38,462 bases of DNA. Source: a virus. The notes under the pieces were generated by a model. That model was not told the origin of the DNA. It was given only the letters and a program-made list of their open reading frames with translations, and searched no databases. Position numbers and translations under genes: made by a program. The stretch is taken from IMG/VR virus record IMGVR_UViG_3300002223_000005, positions 1 to 38,462 of that record. The stretch is one strand, 5' to 3'. Shown here in pieces: positions 31,117-37,826 of this stretch (its first letter is position 1; each line of letters opens with the position of its first letter).

Positions 31117-31150
31117 CCCCAGCATTCAGCGGGATAATGCCTTATCAGGC
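31111..31150 (+). repeat. attC-like structured repeat, copy E (shortened, variant boxes)
   Basis: GTATAAC ccca GCATT cagcgggat AATGC ctt ATCAGGC, followed by GATTTT. Confidence 0.6.
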
Positions 31151-31174
31151 GATTTTAACACCGGAGATGAAGAG

Positions 31175-31390
31175 ATGAAGGTTTTCAGAGTAGTGACTGA
31201 ACGGGACGGGGAAACGACAAAAGAACCCGGCACAATATCTACAGAGATTGTTAAGTCTGAATACTTGTACGCGGCAGAAACGATTGAGCGGGTTTGGAAA
31301 GAAACTGAATTTCTGCGTGATAGTATAGGACATGAAATTATTGCGATAAGCGAAGTAGCACCGGCTATTACTGTGCTAATGAGCGCTTAA
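31175..31390 (+). CDS. Hypothetical protein; its stop lies inside repeat F
   Basis: 71 aa with GGAG 8 nt upstream. Confidence 0.5.
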   Translation: MKVFRVVTERDGETTKEPGTISTEIVKSEYLYAAETIERVWKETEFLRDSIGHEIIAISEVAPAITVLMSA

Positions 31391-31438
31391 CCCCCAAGCT
31401 AACGGGCGCGTAGCGTCCCATCGAGCACCTTGTTAGAC
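31385..31438 (+). repeat. attC-like structured repeat, copy F (diverged in sequence, similar in structure)
   Basis: GCTTAAC cccca AGCT aac GGGCGC gta GCG[T]CCC atcg AGC acctt GTTAGAC. Confidence 0.5.
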
Positions 31439-31554
31439 GACAGTCGTTTTTCCAGGTATTAGGCGACAGTCGTCTAATCAGGTAAAGAACGACATTTGAA
31501 ATAGCGTTTTGGTTATTGCAGAAAGTGGACAGAAGTTGGAATAAGGTGATTTGA

Positions 31555-31752
31555 ATGAAAAAAGTAATTATCACAGACGGCAGAATCGAAATATCAGGTT
31601 TCAACGATATTGATTTTAGGCGAGATCATTTAGGTTCTTGCCGCGATGTTATGAGAGTAGCACTGGCATGGGCTGCAAAACGAGCAAACGATGAGTTATC
31701 ACTAGATCTGATCGGTGACTGGGATAAGCAAAAAACTGTGCTGATGGATTAG
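31555..31752 (+). CDS. Hypothetical protein
   Basis: 65 aa with leader AAGGTGATTTgaATG related to the cassette leaders. Confidence 0.5.
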   Translation: MKKVIITDGRIEISGFNDIDFRRDHLGSCRDVMRVALAWAAKRANDELSLDLIGDWDKQKTVLMD

Positions 31753-31759
31753 GTGAAGT

Positions 31760-32089
31760 ATGAGCGAACTGTTTAAAGTGAGCGACTTGCACAAAGAAGT
31801 GCTGAATGCTTTTGAAGCGGCCGCTTATTTGCAGTTGGCTCCAAAAACAGTCAGAGCGATGACCTTAGAAGGCCGATTGCCCGGTAAGAAAGTCGGGCGC
31901 GAGTGGAGGTATCTAAAAAGTGTGCTTGAGAAGTGGTTATCTGGCGATTATTCTGAGCCTGAGCAAAATCCAGTGGGTGTTCTCAACAGAAAGGAGAACA
32001 AATCATGTCGCTCTTTAAACGTGGTGACACATACTGGGTCAATATTAGGCACAAGGGACGCCGACTACGAAAAAGCACTGGGACTGTAG
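31760..32089 (+). CDS. xis: Excisionase-family HTH protein (MerR-like HTH_17 type)
   Basis: LNAFEAAAYLQLAPKTVRAMTLEGRLPGKKVGREWRYLKSVLEKWL fits the excisionase-family DNA-binding pattern. It lies directly upstream of int and overlaps it by 85 nt. Confidence 0.6.
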   Translation: MSELFKVSDLHKEVLNAFEAAAYLQLAPKTVRAMTLEGRLPGKKVGREWRYLKSVLEKWLSGDYSEPEQNPVGVLNRKENKSCRSLNVVTHTGSILGTRDADYEKALGL

Positions 32090-33078
32090 AGCTTGAAAAG
32101 GCTCAAGAGTTCCATGACCAAGCGAAGTCGGATTTATGGAGAGTTGAAAAGTTAGGAGGCCGCCCAAGACGGACTTGGAAAGAGGCTGTCTTGCGCTGGT
32201 TGAAGGAGAACAGCCACAAAAAAAGCCTGGGATCGGACAAGCGGCGCTTGAAGCTGCTTCATGCCTGGATCGGCAATCTTTACATGGACCAGATCGACAG
32301 AGAAACCGTTGATCGCATTAAATATGATCGAGCTGGGCAGAACAAACTGAATTGCCAAGGCCAGGACACAGGCAAATGTGTGACCAATGCTGAAGTAAAC
32401 AGAATGCTGGCCTTGCTCCGAACCATATTAAAAGCCTGCTGTGATGATTGGGAGTGGATTGATAGCATACCCAAAGTGAAGTTGTTCAAGGAAGATAAAA
32501 TCAGGATTCGATGGCTGACACATGAAGATGCCAAGATTTTGTTAAATCATTTGCCTGATCATCTAAGGGCTATAGCCAGCTTTTCACTGTCCACCGGATT
32601 GCGTGAGCAAAATGTTGTGGGCCTGGAATGGTCACAAATTGATTTATCTCGTCGAGTAGCGTGGGTGCATGGTGACGAAGTAAAAAATAGCAAAGCGTTG
32701 GCGGTGCCATTAAATGAGGAAGCATTGGAAGTATTGAGAGAACAGCGATTCAAACACGATCGCTATGTTTTCACGTTCAAAGGTGACCGAATTTTAAGGG
32801 CAAATAACACAGGATGGCGCAAAGCGTTAAAGGATGCCGGAATCACCAATTTCCGTTGGCACGATTTAAGGCACACCTGGGCCAGTTGGCATATTCAAAA
32901 CGGAACAGCATTAAACACGCTGCAAGAGTTGGGTGGTTGGGAGTCTATCGAAATGGTGCGCCGTTATGCCCATTTAGCGCCCGAAAACTTAGCAAAAGCA
33001 GCAGCCGACAATTTAGCGCGTGGTCACGTTTTGGTCACAGACGAATTAGAGGCAATAAAAAAGGCGACCCACTCGTAA
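32005..33078 (+). CDS. int: Tyrosine recombinase, phage integrase
   Basis: Catalytic residues in order: GLR (R), KNSKALAVPL (K), HDLRHTWAS (HxxR), LGGWESIEMVRRYAHL (W/H..Y). It has a typical N-terminal MSLFKRGDTYW..G.R.R.STGT arm-binding domain and is adjacent to attP. Confidence 0.9.
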   Translation: MSLFKRGDTYWVNIRHKGRRLRKSTGTVELEKAQEFHDQAKSDLWRVEKLGGRPRRTWKEAVLRWLKENSHKKSLGSDKRRLKLLHAWIGNLYMDQIDRETVDRIKYDRAGQNKLNCQGQDTGKCVTNAEVNRMLALLRTILKACCDDWEWIDSIPKVKLFKEDKIRIRWLTHEDAKILLNHLPDHLRAIASFSLSTGLREQNVVGLEWSQIDLSRRVAWVHGDEVKNSKALAVPLNEEALEVLREQRFKHDRYVFTFKGDRILRANNTGWRKALKDAGITNFRWHDLRHTWASWHIQNGTALNTLQELGGWESIEMVRRYAHLAPENLAKAAADNLARGHVLVTDELEAIKKATHS

Positions 33079-33107
33079 CGTAATCGCCTGATTTATCTAG
33101 TAAAAAA

Positions 33108-33155
33108 TGGTGCCCGGTCTCGGAATCGAACCAAGGACACGGGGATTTTCAATCC
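33108..33155 (-). other. attP core: the 3' 48 nt of a tRNA-Phe(GAA) gene (anticodon stem 3' half to CCA), not a complete tRNA
   Basis: The minus strand reads GGATTGAAAATCCCCGTGTCCTTGGTTCGATTCCGAGACCGGGCACCA. This matches the E. coli tRNA-Phe 3' portion as I recall it, with one difference. Sequence 5' of it (tagta...) does not continue the tRNA. Confidence 0.8.
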
Positions 33156-33407
33156 TACTATTTAATATAAAACATTAATAATATCAACACCTTACTGATT
33201 TTGCTCAAATCTTGTGACCGTTGATAGACCGCTAAAACCGTTGAGGTATTGTCGAAGGTGGACACAAAATGGACACATCGGCATTGTACCAAAAGTGAGC
33301 AGTTATTACCATGAGCAACAACTTAACCACAAGGGATTTTAAGTCCGTCGCCGCGCTCAGCAGGGCTTGATTTTCCTGGCTTTGCGACTGGAAAAGCAGG
33401 GCACAAA

Positions 33408-35474
33408 TTATGCAACCAGTTTTCTATAATCACCACCTAACGGGATAATTCTCGGTATCGCCACGAATGTTCTATCAGCGTTACCTGTTTTCTTGACTGT
33501 AAAATTAAATGTACCCGAAGCTGGCATATTAAAATGCACGTAGAATCTACGCCAAGTCGTCCCAGTGTGTGTGTCACTCCACCCCCCAACAGTCACGGTA
33601 GTTGTAGCGCCTGCGGTTTCATTTTTAACATCGATAAACGCTGATATTGGTTTTCCAGCCAGATCTGGATATTGCGTAGCGTCTATTGTCATTCCGAATG
33701 ATTCAGATGTTGAAGTCGATGCGCCAGCATCTAATTCATAAACACTGATAAGTGGGCCGAGTCCATGCACTTCAGATGATGCAATAAACGTAGACGCAGC
33801 GCCTCCAACGATTGAAGTCCAGTTCGCCATTGAATCTAAAAGATTTATAGAATTTACGTTGTCTATTAAAATGTCCTGCTGCCCATCGAACCCTAACGTA
33901 GAATTTTCAATGACGAAAGGTTCAGTGTCGTCGTTGTGTGAAACAATTCGCAACCCACGATTACGCGAATACGCACTATTTGTTGTCGTGCTGCCATATG
34001 TTTTAACAAGAACTGTATTAGTGTCACCGACCAACATTGTCGGAGTATCTATATTTAGACCAATCGTGGACACGGCGTACACTAACGCATGACTTGGGCC
34101 AGCCCCTATTGAATAGAATGGAGCAGTGAATTTTACCCCCCTACACGGGTAAGCAGTGTCCATTGTAGTTTCGCTGCTAGACCCTTGAAGAATCACATCG
34201 GCATATACTGTTACTGCTGGCGTCGTAAATGTGTGTCCACTAGCTGCGTTATTATCAAAATAACAACTTGCATCAAAGGTCATTCCTTGAACTCCATACG
34301 CAAAAATAGCTGCTTTAGCGCATAGCTCCCATACGCAATTCACAAACCCTATACCGTAAGACGGCTGGAGTTTCATGCCAAACTCGGAGTGAGCCCCCCA
34401 TTTGCATCCAACAAATGTGTTTTGATTATTCTGGCCTTCGCTATTAATAAACCCTCTAACACCGGATATCCAATAACAGTTATACCACGTGTTATCCCAA
34501 CCATAACTGACGTCAGTAGATGCAACCAATGCGCCGTAAAACGATAAGTCCTTAAACGTGTTGAAATTGCAACACCCCTTCATACAGTAATCTGCTTTTG
34601 AGTTACCATTAAATATTATTGACTCAATAAAACTGTTTGCGAACTGGTTTGTTGCGCCTGTCGTCTGTGGCAATCGCACAATAGACGACATGATTGCACC
34701 AGCAATCAGTTCTGTTTTTGGTCCTTCACCCTGTAGTTTTAGTCTCAATGTCCTAGCCACTCCAATGTCAATAGGAGCATTTACTGTTATTTCTCCATTC
34801 GGTAGCGTCAGCGTGGATCGGCTTTGTATCGTGGATAGCAAGCTATTCAATATGGCGGCATTGTCTACGCTAACGCTTGTTACAGACACACCGCATTGTT
34901 CCGACCTCAAGACATTGCTTTCTCTATCCAGCATCCACACTAAACCATTAGCTGCCGTATGATTCTCGTATTCATCAGGTACCCAAGCACCATCGGCTTT
35001 AACCGCCCGCACTTCGGCCAACGTAGCAGCAGTATACTTGCCGCCACCTTTAGGTTCTAAAGTCGCCGCCCAGCCATCGTAGTAGCCTATCGTTCTGCAT
35101 GTGTCACCCTCTGCTGGCGATAGAGCTACCATTGCAGCAACTGTTGCAACGGTTTGATTCTCCAAAAATGTTGCCGCTAAAACGCCGCCGTTCAGGACGT
35201 TGAACGGATCAATCGTGTCTAAAACGCTTCCAGCCGCATTTTTAACTACAATCTTGTAAGTGATAGAGGTATCAAAATAAATGTCAGTAGGTGGCTTTCC
35301 GGCGCTGTTTAGCGTTAAACTTGTTCCGCCACTCGCCCCGGCTGAGCTGGTGTAATAGGGCGTAGGCGTACTGGTGCCAGTCAAATAGAATAAAACGGTG
35401 CCATTGACCATGAGCAAGCCGGTAGCCGGGTCGATGAACTGCTGTATAAACGGTTGGCCTTTGACGTATGCCAT
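33408..35474 (-). CDS. Tailspike / tail fibre with a predicted right-handed beta-helix (pectate-lyase-like) central domain
   Basis: 688 aa. It has a conserved-looking N-terminal head-binding segment (MAYVKGQPFIQQFIDPATGLLMVNGTVLFYLTGTSTPTPYY) and a central region with periodic N/G/C/W-rich coils (FNGNSKADYCMKGCCNFNTFKDLSFYG..NTWYNCYWISG..NTFVGCKWG). It is the last virion gene before attP, as in P22. I prefer the ATG at 35474 (GGAG upstream) over the track start. Confidence 0.6.
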   Translation of the reverse strand: MAYVKGQPFIQQFIDPATGLLMVNGTVLFYLTGTSTPTPYYTSSAGASGGTSLTLNSAGKPPTDIYFDTSITYKIVVKNAAGSVLDTIDPFNVLNGGVLAATFLENQTVATVAAMVALSPAEGDTCRTIGYYDGWAATLEPKGGGKYTAATLAEVRAVKADGAWVPDEYENHTAANGLVWMLDRESNVLRSEQCGVSVTSVSVDNAAILNSLLSTIQSRSTLTLPNGEITVNAPIDIGVARTLRLKLQGEGPKTELIAGAIMSSIVRLPQTTGATNQFANSFIESIIFNGNSKADYCMKGCCNFNTFKDLSFYGALVASTDVSYGWDNTWYNCYWISGVRGFINSEGQNNQNTFVGCKWGAHSEFGMKLQPSYGIGFVNCVWELCAKAAIFAYGVQGMTFDASCYFDNNAASGHTFTTPAVTVYADVILQGSSSETTMDTAYPCRGVKFTAPFYSIGAGPSHALVYAVSTIGLNIDTPTMLVGDTNTVLVKTYGSTTTNSAYSRNRGLRIVSHNDDTEPFVIENSTLGFDGQQDILIDNVNSINLLDSMANWTSIVGGAASTFIASSEVHGLGPLISVYELDAGASTSTSESFGMTIDATQYPDLAGKPISAFIDVKNETAGATTTVTVGGWSDTHTGTTWRRFYVHFNMPASGTFNFTVKKTGNADRTFVAIPRIIPLGGDYRKLVA

Positions 35475-35493
35475 ATTAAAAACTCCGGGCAAT

Positions 35494-35515
35494 AAAAAAC
35501 CAGCCGAAGCTGGTT
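35494..35515 (-). terminator. Intrinsic terminator between the internal-protein genes and the tailspike
   Basis: Minus strand reads AACCAGC-ttcg-GCTGGTT TTTTAT. Confidence 0.6.
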
Positions 35516-35526
35516 AGGGTGATTTG

Positions 35527-35790
35527 ATGGAAATAATTATTGCGGTCGCCGTTATAGCTAACGCGCTGTTACTGGCCGTGATCGTTTACATCTTGAGCGT
35601 GTTTGTGACGCGCAATAATGAAGATGATTCGAATTTTTTATTTCTTGAGAAGGTTAAGCGGATTACTCGCAAGCTAATCATTTACGGGTATTATTTGTTA
35701 ATGGCCTTTATTGCTTATACGGTACTAATGATGATCCTGTGCGGGAATCTGGTTCTGATTGACGCTTTAGGAGGCGTTCCAAAGCCTTAA
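35527..35790 (+). CDS. Possible two-pass membrane protein in moron position (opposite strand)
   Basis: ATG at 35527 after AGGGTGA. Two hydrophobic helices (IIIAVAVIANALLLAVIVYILSVFV, LIIYGYYLLMAFIAYTVLMMILCGNLVLI). It occupies an AT-rich ~190-nt gap with no minus-strand ORF, but its last 83 nt overlap the convergent 705-aa gene. Confidence 0.35.
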   Translation: MEIIIAVAVIANALLLAVIVYILSVFVTRNNEDDSNFLFLEKVKRITRKLIIYGYYLLMAFIAYTVLMMILCGNLVLIDALGGVPKP

Positions 35791-37825
35791 ACGCTTGCTG
35801 GTCGTTAATGTTGCGCTGCTCTTCAATGGTCTTCCCTGCCTTTTTCAAAACTGCACCAAATACAATCTCTTTAGGGCCTTTCACGCCATGCTGTCCATTT
35901 ATATCACGCATGGCGTTTTTTATCGCTGACTCCTGAACTCCTTGCAAGCTGCGTTCTGCTGTTTCGCCAAATCGTTTGTTGAGGATGTTATCTAGAGTGA
36001 CTAACTTTTTAACATCAACGTTTGATTTCCATCCTAGCTGCCGCGCAACGTCATCTAACTTAATTGTGGCTTTATCCAATACTGGCCCTGATCGGTAATT
36101 TGACATAAGCTTGCGCATTTCCTTACCAACTACGACATCAGGATCAGCTTCGTCTATTGTTTTTCCCATGGCTTTTCTAAAGTCATTCATGGCATCAATT
36201 GATATGCTTAATTTGTCATTGATCTTTGCGTAATTAGGATCGACTGCGCGAATAGCATCGTTAAGTGATGTTCTGACGGATCTGATTAACTTGTCTGCGG
36301 CATCGGTTAAACCGCGCTGCGGCATTTTTTCGTAATTGATCAACTGATCAAGTTGCTGCTTTAGGTCGTGGGCGCGTTCTGCGTTCGGTGTTGCACGGTA
36401 ACTGAGCAAGTCGATCACATCATTAATAGCTTTTTGCGCTGTCGGATCTTTTGCAATGCGTGAGCCTGCAAAATCATCTGGCGTTAATCTTCTGGCAAGT
36501 TCGCCGCGCTGATAAGGAACTTTTAACTTGTCCAGTTCACCAAAAAAGTTATTCTGTATTTCGGCAACGTCTAAACGCTGGTTTTTGAACTTTTGACTTT
36601 TTGCCAGATTGGAAAGCTTGGTTGTGGCTAATTCCGTTTTAGCATTGATAAATTCATAGCCCTCTAATACGTTGCGCCCAATTACGTCTGATGGCCTAAA
36701 GTCAAGAGCTTTGCTCTTAGTCGCGTATATTTGCTGTTTCATTTTCGCCATATTCATGGCTTCGCGCTTGGTGTCTCCATTCATTAATTTAACAGTCTGA
36801 ATGTCGCCAAGCTCGAACTGTTGGCGCATTGCCTCTTTTGCCAAAGCATCGTCAACGGGTCGGCCTGCATCATCCAGGCGATAAAGCGCAAGATTGCCTT
36901 CACCATCGCCGCGCTTGATTTTTTCCGCCATAAGCCTAGTGACCGCAACTTCAGGCTTGACGTTAATGGGCAGGTTTTCAACATCGTCCATAATGTCTTG
37001 GAAGGTAAGCCCTTTATTTTTTAACGCAACTTCAAGCGCTTTGGTAGGTTCACCATCAGGGGTGATCAACAGCTTTTGTTTTGGTGCCAGTGCTTTAAGT
37101 GTGCCCTTGCCAAGATTGGTTAGGGCGGTCGATGCCGCGCCCGCCCCAGCTATCCCGGTCACGGCCCCGGCGATCTCGGGCAACAATGCCGCGCCTGTGG
37201 CGGCAAGTGGGCTTCCAGTTCTTTCTAGTACTGTATCGCCTAGTGTGGCAAATGCGCCCCCCTTCCGTGAAGTTTGGTAAGTCTGCTTGGCGCTTTCAAG
37301 CGCTTGTTCGTCTGTAACCTGCGGGTTTTCACTTAGGGTTAATATGTAATCAGCTACGGCACCCATGCCCGACAATGGCACGTTTGCAAAGTCCACGCCC
37401 ATAGCGATAAGATCGCCCAGTTTCTTGACTCCCTTAGCGCCAAAGGCTGTTTCTGGTGCGTAAGTGGGTAGCTTTTGCTGTCGCTGCTTTATTGTTTCCG
37501 CTGCCGCGTCCAAATCTCCGCCAGAAGTTACCGCTTTAGCAACACCCTCAACGCCCGATATTAACTGATTTGACAAACCGCCCAGCACCGCTTGAACTGG
37601 TTCGATAACCATATCTGACGGATAGCCAAGAGGGAGCGCTTTTGGTTCTGGCTGCGCTTCTGGTTGCACTACTTGCGTAGGGTCGTTAGTGGCAGACTTA
37701 ACCGTGATAATGCCGCGCTTAACTGCTTCGTCAAACCGGGCGCGTTTATCAGGGTCAAGCTTGTCCTGTAAACCCCTATTAGCGATTTCCTGAAACCGTG
37801 CGATATTTTCTTGAGGTGTGGCCAT
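35708..37825 (-). CDS. Large internal virion / ejection protein (putative)
   Basis: 705 aa lying between the wrapped 411-aa gene and the tailspike, the position of the P22 gp20/gp16-type ejection proteins. I recognise no enzymatic motif. Confidence 0.5.
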   Translation of the reverse strand: MATPQENIARFQEIANRGLQDKLDPDKRARFDEAVKRGIITVKSATNDPTQVVQPEAQPEPKALPLGYPSDMVIEPVQAVLGGLSNQLISGVEGVAKAVTSGGDLDAAAETIKQRQQKLPTYAPETAFGAKGVKKLGDLIAMGVDFANVPLSGMGAVADYILTLSENPQVTDEQALESAKQTYQTSRKGGAFATLGDTVLERTGSPLAATGAALLPEIAGAVTGIAGAGAASTALTNLGKGTLKALAPKQKLLITPDGEPTKALEVALKNKGLTFQDIMDDVENLPINVKPEVAVTRLMAEKIKRGDGEGNLALYRLDDAGRPVDDALAKEAMRQQFELGDIQTVKLMNGDTKREAMNMAKMKQQIYATKSKALDFRPSDVIGRNVLEGYEFINAKTELATTKLSNLAKSQKFKNQRLDVAEIQNNFFGELDKLKVPYQRGELARRLTPDDFAGSRIAKDPTAQKAINDVIDLLSYRATPNAERAHDLKQQLDQLINYEKMPQRGLTDAADKLIRSVRTSLNDAIRAVDPNYAKINDKLSISIDAMNDFRKAMGKTIDEADPDVVVGKEMRKLMSNYRSGPVLDKATIKLDDVARQLGWKSNVDVKKLVTLDNILNKRFGETAERSLQGVQESAIKNAMRDINGQHGVKGPKEIVFGAVLKKAGKTIEEQRNINDQQAFKALERLLKRQSEPDSRTGSSLVPYKQ

Positions 37826-37826
37826 G

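Noticed and set aside
32005-33078. The integrase as an integron (IntI-type) integrase acting on the attC-like repeats
   Set aside because: It has the usual phage arm-binding N-terminus, sits next to xis and a tRNA-derived attP, and is co-oriented with the ORF array rather than divergent from it. I cannot see the IntI-specific insertion by eye, so there is no support for this, although only an HMM comparison would settle it.
33108-33183. A complete tRNA-Phe gene
   Set aside because: Only the 3' 48 nt are present. The sequence where the D-arm and acceptor 5' strand should be (ctactatttaatataaaac on the plus strand) cannot form them. I treat it as the attP core.
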